Made by a program: the position numbers and the translations under genes. A stretch of 48,199 nucleotides of DNA from Limisphaerales bacterium (lineage in GTDB: Bacteria; Verrucomicrobiota; Verrucomicrobiia; Limisphaerales; SIBE01): contig JBGAIN010000053.1 of the NCBI GenBank assembly GCA_044225505.1, forward strand, positions 1-48,199, given 5' to 3'. Shown here piece after piece: positions 9,744-20,961 of this stretch. The notes under the pieces were generated by a model that saw only the letters and a program-made list of their open reading frames with translations, was not told the origin of the DNA and ran no database searches. The number at the start of each line of letters is the position of its first letter. Within the stretch, counting starts at the first letter, position 1.

Positions 9744-11004
9744 CAGGGCAGACGCATCTAAAATATTTCAGGAGAGTGCTGACAGCCGCTAAGGCACTAG
9801 GCAAATTTTGCCTTGTACCAGGGACTTATGTATAAATAGAAGAGGATGCAAAAGCATCCTACTCTAAGTTTGGTGGAACAATTCAAAGAGATGCCCGGTC
9901 CGCGTCGATCGCACCAAGGATCATTCGCTGGTCGATATTCTGGTGATCGCCGTCTGCACGTTGCTCTGCGCGGGAGAAACCCTTCAATGACATGGAGGAT
10001 TTCGGAAAAGCCAAAGAGGACTGGTTCAGAACGTTTCTGACGCTGGCCAACGGCATCATCTCACGATATTCAACCGCGTCTTTGCGGCACTGAATCCCAA
10101 AGAGTTTCTGGAGTGTTTCCTGCGCTGGACGCAGAGCCTACGGCAGGCCGTGCATCAAGAGATTGTCGCCTTGGACGGCAAAGCCTTGCGGCGGGCGATG
10201 AATAAAGAATCTCAAGTATGTGGTCAGCGCCTGGGCTGAAAGCAATAACCTGGTGCTAGGAGCATTGAAGGTGGTCGATAAGAGCAATGAAATCACGGCG
10301 GTGCCTGAATTGCTGCGCGCGTGCTCGAACTCAGCGGCTGTATCGTCACCCTTGATGCGATGGGCTGCCAAAAGAAAATCGCCAAGGAAATCATCGAAGC
10401 CGACGCCGATTACGTGCTGGCCCTCAAAGGCAACCAGGAAACGGTGCATGAGGAAGTCAAAGCTTTCTGGATGCGACGATCCTGGAGGCGCAAGCCCCGC
10501 GGCCAACCGCCGCTCCTGTGCCCAAAGCCGCCGCCACTTTGGCCACGTTCAAACGGTAGAGAAAGATCATGGCCGCATTGAAATCCGAGACTATTACCAA
10601 AGTGATCAGTTGGCTTGGTTTGCCGATCTGGACAAGTGGGAGGGACTCAAGTCGGTCGGCGTGGTCGAGAATTCACCCGCGAAATGGATGGAGTCAAAAC
10701 GGTGGAGCGCCGCTACTACTTGGCCAGTTTATCTCTGAATGTGGAATTGTTCGCGCGAGCCGTGCGCGGCCACTGGGGCGTGGAAAACAAACTTCATTGG
10801 GTGATGGACGTCTGTTTTCACGAAGACCAAAGCTAATTACGCGCGGTCACGCCGCCGAAAATCTTGCCACAATGCGGCGACTTGCACTGAACATGCTCAA
10901 AAGGAGACCACCAAAAAGCGAGGCATCAAAGGAAAACAGCTCAACGCCAGCTGGGACCATGCCTATTTGCTCCGACTATTGGGCGTTTAGATGCGTTTCC
11001 CCTG
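9744..11004 (+). mobile_element. ISAs1-family insertion sequence with a frameshifted transposase
   Basis: IRs CAGGGCAGACGCATCTAAA / TTTAGATGCGTTTCCCCTG (17/19); perfect 10-bp target duplication AGGATATCCG (9734-9743, 11005-11014). Confidence 0.95.
9846..10990 (+). pseudogene. ISAs1 transposase pseudogene (multiple frameshifts)
   Basis: Motifs split across frames: [70 protein letters not shown]. Confidence 0.92.
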
Positions 11005-11082
11005 AGGATATCCGACATTGCGGTTGACTTTTACCATCGACTGAAAGGATACCACAGTTCCCCAGGCATAGGATTGAATCAC

Positions 11083-12492
11083 CTAGTCAGCGGCTGGTAT
11101 CCGTCTCCGCGAGTTCCGGTCCCCTAGCGGCACCAGAGCGCAAACGGTAGTTCCTTTGCCGGGCGCCGAACGGAGGGTGCAATGGCCTCCGACCATCTGG
11201 ACCCGCTCCCGCATGCCCAGGACTCCCAACCGGGTCCGCTTCTTCCCAGTCAGCACGTGATCCACGTCAAATCCATGCCCATCGTCGGTAACGCTCAGTC
11301 GAATTGAACCCTTCACTTTCTCCAAAGCCACATGGACGCGCCGGGCACCGGCGTGTCGGACGATATTGGCGAATGACTCCAGCGCGACGCGATACAAAAC
11401 TGTGCTTGTAGCGCTATCCAGCTCGGTAATCCGTGCCGACCGTGAGGAGGTGAAACGAATGCGGATGCCAGTTCGCTTGGTAAAGTCCTGCATGAAGGAT
11501 TGAAGCGCAGGCATTAGCCCCAGATCATCGAGGACCGTTGGGCGCAATTCGCGGGCGAACTGATGCACTGCTGCCACCGACTTTTCGACCAGGCGCTGCG
11601 TTCGTGCGATCTCCTGCTTGAGTTCTGTCGGATTCACTGTTTTCTTTTGGCTCAAAGCGACCAGATTGACATTGATTCCCACCAACGTTTGGGCGACGTG
11701 ATCGTGCAAATCGCGACTGATGCGCTTCCGTTCTTCTTCCTGCGCCTGGAGAAGTTGATGGGACAAATGGCGTAACTGCTCTTGCATAGTGCGCGATTCC
11801 TCTAATAACTGGACTTGATGTTCCTGGTTTTTCTTGAGCGCCGTTTGCACCTGCCGCCGCCGACCAATTTCCCGTTCCAACCTCTCACTGGCCAGGGCGA
11901 GAATGCTCATTCGGTGCTGAGCTGCTTCGGCCCGCTTGAGCGCCGAGAGGTCCGAGACGGCCAGACGACACCATTTCGGCGCGCCGGGCGGGACGACCGC
12001 GGAGATCGCTTGAATGTCGACCCAGCAGGCTGCTCCCGCATGGTTGACGAGTGAGACTTCACAGATCTGTTTTGCAGGCCCTCCGAGTGCCTTTTTCAGA
12101 AAGGCCGTAAAGGCTGGGCGGCTCGAGGGCACGACAAATGCGTGCAACCGCTGGTTGACCAAACGAGCGCGCCCCACGCCGAGCATCGCTGCCGCGGTTA
12201 AGTTTGCTTCCAGGATGCGCCCATGTTCATTGACAGAGAAATAACCAACCGGGGCGAAATCATAGAGGTCCGTATATTTTTCCAACGACGCCTCCATTTG
12301 ATTCCGCGCGGCTTGCAGCTCCTCGTTCTGCATCTCCAGTTCTACTTGGTAGACCTGAAACTCGTGGAGGAATCGTTGCGGATCGACCTTACTCCCTGAC
12401 AACGCCGCATCTGTGGGATGCATCTTCAGGCGAGCTTCGGCATCCCGCCGAAGGCCAACCGCGTCCATTGAGGTCTTTAGTGTTTTTTTCAT
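11083..12492 (-). CDS. PAS-domain sensor histidine kinase (HisKA_3, NarX/UhpB type)
   Basis: YTDLYDFAPVGY PAS; QEEERKRISRDLHDHVAQ H-box; DDGHGFD, GVLGMRER, SAPGKGT ATPase motifs. Confidence 0.93.
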   Translation of the reverse strand: MKKTLKTSMDAVGLRRDAEARLKMHPTDAALSGSKVDPQRFLHEFQVYQVELEMQNEELQAARNQMEASLEKYTDLYDFAPVGYFSVNEHGRILEANLTAAAMLGVGRARLVNQRLHAFVVPSSRPAFTAFLKKALGGPAKQICEVSLVNHAGAACWVDIQAISAVVPPGAPKWCRLAVSDLSALKRAEAAQHRMSILALASERLEREIGRRRQVQTALKKNQEHQVQLLEESRTMQEQLRHLSHQLLQAQEEERKRISRDLHDHVAQTLVGINVNLVALSQKKTVNPTELKQEIARTQRLVEKSVAAVHQFARELRPTVLDDLGLMPALQSFMQDFTKRTGIRIRFTSSRSARITELDSATSTVLYRVALESFANIVRHAGARRVHVALEKVKGSIRLSVTDDGHGFDVDHVLTGKKRTRLGVLGMRERVQMVGGHCTLRSAPGKGTTVCALVPLGDRNSRRRIPAAD

Positions 12493-12695
12493 TGCATCGA
12501 CTCCCCCGGAAGCTCGAGACGAAATTGCGACCGTTGGCTCGTCATACTCAGTTGATAACTTCGAGAAACGGAGCGTGTATCCCGAGTTGCCCTGTCAGAA
12601 GTCCCCTACTCAAAGACTCCAGAAAAGCCGCTCTAAGCTGACTTTTCTCAAAAGAGCTTGATCATGCCGTCCGTGAATCCAGAGCGGACGGGTTC

Positions 12696-12993
12696 TCACT
12701 CTTTAGGATCATACATATTTTCACTCATGACAACCGCCTTAATCGTCGATTTGACTTTGCCAGCAAAAACGGCCGTCAACAAATTGATGAAACCAGGCAG
12801 GTCGCCCGGAGAAATGAAAAAGTTCAGTCGGCGCTTGATCAGTCGGGAGCGTTCGACCCCAAGAAGCTTGGGACCAGTGAGGTTGGCATCAACAATGGTA
12901 CCTTCGCGATCGAGCGTTAAGTAAGCCACTGGGGCGAAATCATAGGGATCGCTGGACGTTTTAAGCGCCACCTCCATTTCATTCCGAGCGCTC
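12696..12993 (-). pseudogene. Truncated PAS-domain paralogue fragment
   Basis: SARNEMEVALKTSSDPYDFAPVAYLTLDREGTIVDANLT aligns with AARNQMEASLEKYTDLYDFAPVGYFSVNEHGRILEANLT of the neighbouring kinase; no kinase domain follows. Confidence 0.7.
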
Positions 12994-13019
12994 AAACGTT
13001 GAACCAGGGACCATCGTGC

Positions 13020-13640
13020 GCGCCCAGGGGCTTCTCGACCGCGGCCACCCAACTCGACACGAGCGAGTCTATGGAGAAGTTCATGGTCTCGGGCTTGGCG
13101 GATGCTCCTCCCGGCTCTGTGGGCGATGAAGATGGTGGCCATGGACCGAGCCAGTCCGTCGCAAGCCCTACTCGGTGGTGTTCTTCGACGAGATCGAGAA
13201 GGCGCCCCCAGACGTGATCAACTGGCTTCTGCAAATCCTGGACGAAGGGATGCCAACCGACAATGTCGGACGGGTCGTGGATTATCGGAACGCCATCTTG
13301 CTGCTAACCTCTAATGTCGGAGCGGCGAACATCGGAAAGCAGTCCACGATCGGGTTTGAGGATAGCGGAACGGACAATTAAGAAAAGATTGAAGAGTCAG
13401 GTTCTCGAAGAGGTTCGCCAATTGTTCCGTCCTGAATTCTTGAATCGCCTGGATCTGCTGATTGTCTTCCGCCAGCTGAGCCCGTCGGACTTGATCGAGA
13501 TTCTGGGATTGGAAATTGCCCACCTTGTAGATCGGCTTAAGGGCCGCAACATTCAGCTCAAATTAAATAAGGAAGCGGTAATATTCCTCACCGTAAAGGG
13601 TCATGATCCTCTCCATGGCGCCCGGCCCATGCGACGGACG
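13020..13640 (+). pseudogene. clpC: ClpC/ClpB second AAA+ domain fragment (frameshifted)
   Basis: [24 protein letters not shown]...[33 protein letters not shown] in three different frames. Confidence 0.8.
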
Positions 13641-13863
13641 CCCTCGCAGCCATCCGAGCGCTTACCGGCAAGATCATCGGGCGTGGAGCCTAACCGTCGA
13701 AGAGGCGCCCTCGCTCTCGAATTGCTAAGGCCACGCCAACGACCGCAACCAGCGGTGGCGGACCGCCCGCATCATCGTCTTTACGGGCCGCGCTTAGGAG
13801 CGATGCAGGGCAATACCCCATAGCGTTCGGCTTGTTCGTCGCCGAAATTGGACCCCTCGACTG

Positions 13864-15774
13864 ATGGCTAAGCTCAAGAGCAATACTGCGACCTCCAAAG
13901 CGCTCGTCGGAATTTGGACGATCTCGCTCACGGTCTCCATCCTAGCGACGCTCTATTTGGCGCGCGAGGTCCTAATTCCGCTGGCTCTTGCCGGATTGCT
14001 GACCTTCCTCCTCGCGCCGCTTGTTACCCGAGTGGAGCGATGGCTTGGACGTGTCGGCGGGGTCCTGTTGGTCGTGGTATTGATCCTGGGCGCGACAGGG
14101 TTGGGCGGCTGGATTCTCAGCCGGCAATTGGTCGATCTCGCCACCAAACTGCCGGATTACAAGGAGAACATTCGGTCCAAACTGCGTGCGTTCAAAGTGC
14201 CTAGCGGCGGTCGGTTTACCAAACTATCGCAGGCCGTCGAGGATCTAAAGAAAGAGCTTCCGGGAGCCGACTCTCCTAATCAAGTCCAAGTCTCTGAGAA
14301 GGTTGAGCCGTCTCGTGCAGCAGATTCAAGCGTCAAGCCGGTTGTGCCAGTGCAACTCGTGGACAGCTCACAAACCAACCCCATCCATGTTGTGCAGGTC
14401 ATTGTCGCGCCGTTGCTCAGTCCGCTGGGGACCGCTGCGCTCGTCCTGCTCTTGGTGATCTTCATGTTACTTAAACGCGAGGATCTGCGGAGCCGACTCA
14501 TACGGCTTGTTGGCCAAGGCCGAATCAGCGCCACAACACGCGTCATGGACGACGCGGGGCGGCGCGTGAGCCGTTATTTGCTCATGCAGCTCCTGGTCAA
14601 CGTGACGTATGGCGTTGCCGTAGCCATTGGACTTTACTTCATTGGTGTGCCAAATGCGGTGTTATGGGGTGCCTTCACCACGGTGTTGCGCTTCATCCCG
14701 TATATCGGCCCGTGGATCGGGGCGGCCATTCCGATCGCCCTGTCACTTGCGGTTTCCCAGGGCTGGATGATGCCGGTGCTTACCGTCGGGCTGTTCGTCG
14801 CTCTTGAATTGCTCAGCAACAATGTCATGGAACCCTGGCTTTATGGCTCGAGCACCGGCGTCACACCCATCGCGCTGATTGTTGCGGCCATGTTTTGGAC
14901 ATGGCTCTGGGGACCCGTGGGCCTCGTCCTCGCGACGCCGATGACCGTCTGTCTCGTCGTCATGGGACGGCATGTTCCTCGACTTTCGTTCCTCACGGTG
15001 CTGCTGAGCGATGAAGAAGCCCTGACTCCGGCCGAAGACTGTTACTACCGCCTTCTCACAGTGGGTGAACAGGACGAAATGGAGCTTGTAGAGGCCTATC
15101 TCAAGACCAACCCATTGACCGCGCTTTACGATTCGGTGTTTATTCCCGTCATCACCAACGCCGAGATCGACTATCGCATGGAGCTTCTGGACGACGACCA
15201 ACGCGCGCTGATCGAGCAAAGTCTGCGCGATATGATCTCCGATCTCGGTGCGGGCCCGCGAGCTTTGCCGGAGACAAACGAGAAACCCACAGGCGTCGAT
15301 CCCGCTTCGCCGTGCCGTGTTTACTGCCTTCCCGCACGAGCGCCGCGGGATGAACTTGCTGGCACGATGCTCATGCAGTTGCTCCAGCTACAAGAGTTCG
15401 ACGTGCAAAGTGCCTCTACGAAATTGGAGGTTGATGACTTGATCACGCTGGTTCAAAAAGCCGGCGTCGACATCGTCTGCATTTCGGTCGTGGCACCGTC
15501 TACAGTCCTCCATGCGCGCTATCTTTGTCTCAAGCTGCGTGCGCGCCTGCCGAAGCTGAAAATCGTTGTGGGTTTGTGGGGTGCAACCGAGAATATTGAA
15601 GGCTCGATCCAGCGAGTGCGCGATTCGGGCGCCGACGAAGTCGTCACCTCTTTCGCGGAGGCCGTGCTGCGATTGCAGAAACTGGCATCTTTGTTGAGGA
15701 CGCCAGCCATAGACGCGTCCTTGCCAAGCAGTGCGGCCGAAATTTTCACACAGACCGCCGTCGGTTCCCGATGA
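13864..15774 (+). CDS. AI-2E family transporter with C-terminal soluble (B12-binding-like Rossmann) domain
   Basis: Multiple TM helices, LRFIPYIGPW, NNVMEPWLYGSSTG, WLWGPVGLVLATP; C-terminal DELAGTML...VDIVCISVV. Confidence 0.9.
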   Translation: MAKLKSNTATSKALVGIWTISLTVSILATLYLAREVLIPLALAGLLTFLLAPLVTRVERWLGRVGGVLLVVVLILGATGLGGWILSRQLVDLATKLPDYKENIRSKLRAFKVPSGGRFTKLSQAVEDLKKELPGADSPNQVQVSEKVEPSRAADSSVKPVVPVQLVDSSQTNPIHVVQVIVAPLLSPLGTAALVLLLVIFMLLKREDLRSRLIRLVGQGRISATTRVMDDAGRRVSRYLLMQLLVNVTYGVAVAIGLYFIGVPNAVLWGAFTTVLRFIPYIGPWIGAAIPIALSLAVSQGWMMPVLTVGLFVALELLSNNVMEPWLYGSSTGVTPIALIVAAMFWTWLWGPVGLVLATPMTVCLVVMGRHVPRLSFLTVLLSDEEALTPAEDCYYRLLTVGEQDEMELVEAYLKTNPLTALYDSVFIPVITNAEIDYRMELLDDDQRALIEQSLRDMISDLGAGPRALPETNEKPTGVDPASPCRVYCLPARAPRDELAGTMLMQLLQLQEFDVQSASTKLEVDDLITLVQKAGVDIVCISVVAPSTVLHARYLCLKLRARLPKLKIVVGLWGATENIEGSIQRVRDSGADEVVTSFAEAVLRLQKLASLLRTPAIDASLPSSAAEIFTQTAVGSR

Positions 15775-16087
15775 GCGTCTGTCTCCCATAGGCCTCTGCC
15801 ACTCCCGCCAGTTCTCCGTTCACTACAGACTCTCTGGGTGTCACGGTCAATAGCGGCGCTTTCGTCGAGGATTTGAAGCGTAGGGCAATACCAGGCGGGC
15901 TCGGACAGGAAGAAATCATGCTCTCGGCTCGCACTGGACGGGTCTTTTGATAGCGCCCCGTCCTGGTTCGAAGCCAAACTGGTAAAACCCGAGGCAAGGC
16001 ATTTGCCAGTGGAGGACCCGTGGTAAGTCAAAAGCTGACGGCGAACATCCCGGAGTCGCGCTGTTCCCATCGCCTTCGAGGGGAATT

Positions 16088-16273
16088 TCAGTTATCCCGC
16101 TCGGGTCGATCCGCAGAGCTCTGAGGCGACGTCTCGTCCCCAGACGCAGGTTCTCCACCGTCTTGTGCGGAAGAGTCGTTTCCCCTGCCCCAGTCTATCC
16201 CATCCCAACCGCTCCGGTACGCCTGGAGATCGCGACCACGCTCGGGACCTTTGCCTTTTCCGTTCTGGCTCAT
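16088..16273 (-). CDS. Small hypothetical protein (NGKGKGP...YRSGWDGIDW)
   Basis: 61-aa ORF with a GKG-x-P-R ... Y-x-x-x-W-D-x-I-x-W pattern that looks conserved; recognition is from memory only. Confidence 0.45.
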   Translation of the reverse strand: MSQNGKGKGPERGRDLQAYRSGWDGIDWGRGNDSSAQDGGEPASGDETSPQSSADRPERDN

Positions 16274-16587
16274 TGATTCAATCACTACTCGCTCAGGGTC
16301 GACTCGCTAAATGGAAATCATGTTCACAGCGACCCCCCCCGGGCCCGTTCACCACTGTCCGCGCCAAAGACAAAATGGCCCCGGCCCGGACTGCAACCAA
16401 AAAATAGACTCTTGAACGCGCCGTTTCAATGAGCTTAGCAACGATGAGTTCAACACCAACGGGCGGCGGGGAAAGGCGAAGCCAGCGCTGGAGAGCGGTC
16501 TCGAGAACTCCCCCAAAGCGGCACTGCTCCAGTTCAATTCCTGGGATCACGCCTCGTTTCCGATCAAGCTATGCGCCACGGCCAAAC

Positions 16588-17934
16588 TCAAACGCCCGTA
16601 GGGATTCCGTAGGACTTAAGCTTGTTGTATAGCGTTTGACGCCCAATGCCTAAACGCCTCGCCGTTTTCAGTTTATTGCCTCCGGTCTCGGACAAGACTT
16701 CTACAATCGCGGCGCGTTCGCGCTCTTGAAGCACGGAAAGATCGTCTTCTTTTCCCGTCTCCTCACGCGGAGAAATTGAAAGGTCCCACCGGTTCACGAT
16801 CGTCCCTTCGGCCATTAACACCGCTCGCTGTATCTCATTTTGCAGCTGTCGCACATTCCCAGCCCAATCGAAATTCCGCAATACCGAGGAGGCGCCCGGT
16901 GAGAATCCCGTCAAGACTCTTCCAGCTTGCGCAGAAAACCGCCGCAGAAAACTCGAGGCCAACGGGACAATGTCGTCCCGGCGTTCTCGGAGCGGTGGAA
17001 GGTAGACGGAGATGGTACTGATTCGATAGTAGAGGTCCTGCCGCAGTTTGCCACTCTTGACCGCGTGCTCAACGTCCAGGTTGGTCGAAGCAACAACCCG
17101 GCAGTTCGTTCTATAGCTGGTTTTCCCGCCCACGGGTCGGACCTCTTTTTCTTGTAGAACTCGGAGCAACTTGGCTTGGGTATCGATCGGCATCTCCGCC
17201 AGTTCATCCAACAAAAGCGTCCCTCCATCCGCTTGTTTGAACAGCCCTTCCCGATCCGACTGGGCACCGGTGAATGCACCTCGCACCGATCCGAACAGCT
17301 CGCTCTCGATCAGTTCGCGGGGCAAAGCAGCGCAGTTGATTTTGACGAACGGCCCTTTGGCCCGCGGGCTCAAAGCATGGATCAGATCTGCAATCACTTC
17401 TTTCCCGGTGCCGCTTTCGCCCGTCACGAAGACGGAGACTTCACTCGGCGCGATCCGCTCAATGGTCCGGATGATTTCTTTCATCGCGGTGCTTTGGAAA
17501 ATTGGCGATGCACCACCGCCACTCAATGTGGAGAGGGCTTGTCGCAGGGTGCTAGCCTCCTCGGACAATTGCTTATGTTCGATGGCCCTGGCCACAAGCG
17601 TGGTCAGCGATTTGAATTCGAACGGTTTTCTTTGGAAGTCGTAGGCTCCCAACTTCGTCGCGGTCACGGCCGCATCAATAGTTGCATTTCCCGTAAGAAC
17701 AATGACCTCCGTGTACGGCCACTGTTTCTTAATGCCTGGCAAAAGGTCCAGGCCATCCGCGTCGGGGAATTTGAGATCGAGCAAAACCACATCCGGCTGC
17801 GGCCCTCCATAGCACGCTTTCAGCGCTGCAGCGTCACCAGCCGCCACGACCTCGTAGTCTGACTTTCGCAATAGCGTCGCCAGTATCTCGCGGATAGGTT
17901 CTTCGTCATCTACAATCAGAATTCTCGAGCTCAT
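16588..17934 (-). CDS. Sigma-54-dependent response regulator (NtrC/AtoC family)
   Basis: ILIVDDE receiver, GESGTGKE Walker A, ESELFG, GAFTGA, Fis-type HTH GNKLKTARRLGIGRQTLYNKL. Confidence 0.96.
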   Translation of the reverse strand: MSSRILIVDDEEPIREILATLLRKSDYEVVAAGDAAALKACYGGPQPDVVLLDLKFPDADGLDLLPGIKKQWPYTEVIVLTGNATIDAAVTATKLGAYDFQRKPFEFKSLTTLVARAIEHKQLSEEASTLRQALSTLSGGGASPIFQSTAMKEIIRTIERIAPSEVSVFVTGESGTGKEVIADLIHALSPRAKGPFVKINCAALPRELIESELFGSVRGAFTGAQSDREGLFKQADGGTLLLDELAEMPIDTQAKLLRVLQEKEVRPVGGKTSYRTNCRVVASTNLDVEHAVKSGKLRQDLYYRISTISVYLPPLRERRDDIVPLASSFLRRFSAQAGRVLTGFSPGASSVLRNFDWAGNVRQLQNEIQRAVLMAEGTIVNRWDLSISPREETGKEDDLSVLQERERAAIVEVLSETGGNKLKTARRLGIGRQTLYNKLKSYGIPTGV

Positions 17935-18314
17935 AAGCACAGATCCAACATCGAAAGACTGGCACGACGGTTTTGAATGGATCGATTTAACGACCCATTC
18001 CCAGACATTGTGTCCATGTATCGGCAGGACACTCAGAGAACTTTAGGACTATTATTTTTCGGGCTGGAAAACAGAAAACCTGGGCTTGCGGTTAGGACGG
18101 CTTCGAAAATGCCGAATTTGCCGGTAACTTTTCGCTGTCGTATTCCCTGCCAGTCTTCGACATGGAGCAACTCGCCCTCGCTGCCCTTAAGTTCCATTCG
18201 ATCTGGAGACCCAATTCCCGCGACGGGATCGCTGCCAGCATCGCTAGCAGTGAAACAAAAGTCGAATTTTCCCGCTTTCTCCACAATCTTAGATACGATC
18301 ATCGAGTTCGACCC

Positions 18315-19952
18315 ATGCCGCACTTTGCCAAGTCAATCCAGAGCCTGCTGAAATCCGCCACGCTGGTTCTCGCATACCTTGGCTGGCTATCGGCCAGCGC
18401 GTCTTGGTCCGCCGACTTTTTTGTTCGCGCGGACGGCTCAGATTCGTCGCGAGGCACGAACCGGGAGGCAGCGTGGCGCACAGTCGAGCGGGTCAACCAG
18501 GCTCGCCTGAAACCTGGTGATCGAGTTCTGTTCCAAGCTGGCGAAACGTTCGCAGGAAATCTGCGTCTGACGTCAGACGATGCGGGCACGCCGGACCACC
18601 CAGTGACCATTGGCTCGATTGGGGAGCGCCCGGCCGTCTTGTCGGCTGGTCTCGATACGGGAATAACGATTGAGAATGCCAGCGGCATTCGGATTGAGAA
18701 CTTGATGATCGTTGGGGCAGGCTCGACCCAAAACACCGGCTATGGGGTGTTCTGCGATAACACGTTGACGAACGGAACCATGCTCGAGAATCTGACGATC
18801 AAGAATGTCGAAGTGTTCGGATTTGGGAGACAAGGACTACTCATTACGGGCGAATCGAGAGGTTTCCACCATGTTCGCGTTTCTCACTGCGTCGTTCGCG
18901 AGAATCTCTTCGGCGGCATTGAGATCGCTGGACGCCTGCCCTGGAGCAGCCCTGGTTGCGCTCACGCCGACGTGATTGTATCGGACTGCCTTGCCTACGA
19001 TAATCCAGGCGACCCCAAATGCTTCACGAGGCACTCGGGCAGCGGCATCATGCTGCTTCAGGTGGAAGGCGGCTTGATCGACCGATGCGCCGCCTGGAAC
19101 AACGGCTATTCCAACGGGTCACAAACCGGCGGCCCCGTCGGCATTTGGACGTGCGCGTCCAAGCGACTGACGATCCAGCACTGTGAGAGTTTTCGCAACC
19201 GCACCACGGGCGCTGACGGCGGCGGATTCGATATCGATGGCGGCTCTGAAGATTGCATACTCCAGTACAACTACTCTCATGACAACGATGGGCCCGGGTT
19301 GATGGTCTACACCTATCCCTACGAGTCCCGACCTCATCGCGGAAACATCGTTCGCTTCAACGTGAGCGAGGATGATGCGCAGAAGGGCCGTCGTTATGCC
19401 GGGATGTGGGTTCGTAATGACGATGACGGGATGACAGACTTGGAAATCTACAATAATACCATCGTCGTTGGCTCATGGACCGACCAAGCGGTGAGTATTT
19501 ACGGAGAAGGACTGGAAGCATCCTTGCGCAACAACCTCTTCTTGGCACGTGACGGCGCCGTCCCTTTGCGCGTTGAAAAACCCCACGGCAAGCTGCGGTT
19601 CGAAAACAACCTCTATTGGCGAGAAGATTCGCGGGTGCAGGTTATATGGGACGGAAAAACCTACGAAAACCTGGAACATTGGCGAGTAACAACAGGTGCC
19701 GAATCCCTGGACGGAAAGCCCACAGGATTATTTGGCAATCCGAAATTAACCGCCCCTCTTCCACGGATCCAATTCAGCCGGCTGGCCAATCTTGCGGCAC
19801 TTCGAGCGTTTCGCCCTCTGCCCGGATCGCCAGCCAAGAACGGAGGCGTTAATCTGAGCCGGAGATTTGAATCCAATTTTGTCGCCAAGGATTTTGCCGG
19901 AAAACCACTCCCGGCGACAGGACCGTGGCCCCTTGGAGCTTTCAGCGACTAG
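18315..19952 (+). CDS. Secreted right-handed parallel beta-helix protein
   Basis: Signal peptide, FFVRADGSDS..G, LKPGDRVLF, DGGGFDIDGG, ILQYNYSHDNDG, IYNNTI, NNLYW. Confidence 0.85.
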   Translation: MPHFAKSIQSLLKSATLVLAYLGWLSASASWSADFFVRADGSDSSRGTNREAAWRTVERVNQARLKPGDRVLFQAGETFAGNLRLTSDDAGTPDHPVTIGSIGERPAVLSAGLDTGITIENASGIRIENLMIVGAGSTQNTGYGVFCDNTLTNGTMLENLTIKNVEVFGFGRQGLLITGESRGFHHVRVSHCVVRENLFGGIEIAGRLPWSSPGCAHADVIVSDCLAYDNPGDPKCFTRHSGSGIMLLQVEGGLIDRCAAWNNGYSNGSQTGGPVGIWTCASKRLTIQHCESFRNRTTGADGGGFDIDGGSEDCILQYNYSHDNDGPGLMVYTYPYESRPHRGNIVRFNVSEDDAQKGRRYAGMWVRNDDDGMTDLEIYNNTIVVGSWTDQAVSIYGEGLEASLRNNLFLARDGAVPLRVEKPHGKLRFENNLYWREDSRVQVIWDGKTYENLEHWRVTTGAESLDGKPTGLFGNPKLTAPLPRIQFSRLANLAALRAFRPLPGSPAKNGGVNLSRRFESNFVAKDFAGKPLPATGPWPLGAFSD

Positions 19953-20290
19953 TAATTCGGCAATTTATCCGATGACGTAGGTGGCCAGACAGGCAATGGA
20001 TGGATGGAGTCTGACGGGTTCTGCTCGTTGAAAAAGCTCCCTCGTTGCGAAACGCATCCGAACAACGACCGGGACACGACGCGGCCCGGATCTTCACTGG
20101 AGCCTCGGGCAGGCCGCCGTATATTTTGGAACCGAAGCCTCCTCTATCGATTCCAACACCTCAGCCTTAGAATTCTCAAAATTCTAATCGTTGACAATGA
20201 CCTCTTCGGGACGAATTTAACATGCTCGGGCTGACATCCCAGAAGGTTGGAGACAGCTTGGCACATGTCAGACACAAAGGAGATGGGACT

Positions 20291-20776
20291 ATGAACTCTA
20301 GAATCGATCCCAGGACGGTCTCGCCCAAGACAATTAAGGCCATGTTGGGGCTGGAGAAATATCTCCACCGCTCCGGCCTGGACCCGCGTCTGTTGAATTT
20401 AGTGAACATGCGCGTGTCGCAGATGAACGGATGCGCCTACTGCATTGACATGCATTCGAAAGATTTGCGGGCTGGTGGCGAGTCGGAGCAACGCGTCTAC
20501 GAGCTTGACGCGTGGCGAGAAGCTCCCTTTTACAGTGAAAAGGACCGAGCGGCATTGGCGTGGGCTGAAGCCGTGACACGGATTGAAGCCGGGCATGTCC
20601 CGGATGCGGTCTTTAAGGAAGCGCGCGATCACTTCAAGGAAGAGGAATTGGTGGATCTCACCTTGGCGGTGGTGGCCATCAACGGGTGGAACCGTCTGAA
20701 TATTGCTTTTCGCACCGTCCCAGGTTCCTATCAAGCTGGGCAGTTGGCGACCTGGCTGGCGCAACTCCCCGATTGA
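20291..20776 (+). CDS. Carboxymuconolactone decarboxylase / AhpD-like protein
   Basis: RVSQMNGCAYCIDMH, AALAWAEAVT, INGWNRLNI; AAGGAG RBS upstream. Confidence 0.93.
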   Translation: MNSRIDPRTVSPKTIKAMLGLEKYLHRSGLDPRLLNLVNMRVSQMNGCAYCIDMHSKDLRAGGESEQRVYELDAWREAPFYSEKDRAALAWAEAVTRIEAGHVPDAVFKEARDHFKEEELVDLTLAVVAINGWNRLNIAFRTVPGSYQAGQLATWLAQLPD

Positions 20777-20888
20777 GATGTCACGAACGTTCGCGGTTAA
20801 TTCCCGTGGCGAATCCACGGGTTGGGTGAACCACCGGTAACGGCGACTAGGTTCTCAATCCCACCGAGAAACCCCAACGGACGCTGCC

Positions 20889-20907
20889 AGCCCGGTTTGG
20901 CCGGGCT
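20889..20907. terminator. GC-rich hairpin between convergent genes
   Basis: AGCCCGG-tttgg-CCGGGCT; no clear U-tract. Confidence 0.35.
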
Positions 20908-20961
20908 TGCCGGCTTATTCAGCCACGCTTCTCGCGCTGCTATGGCTTCGGATCTTAGCTT

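Noticed and set aside
15780..16160. Possible degraded gene on the minus strand
   Set aside because: Fragments in different frames with no family I can recognise
17960..17978. Sigma-54 promoter TGGCACG upstream of the beta-helix gene
   Set aside because: No GC at the -12 position; GG-N10-GC spacing is not met
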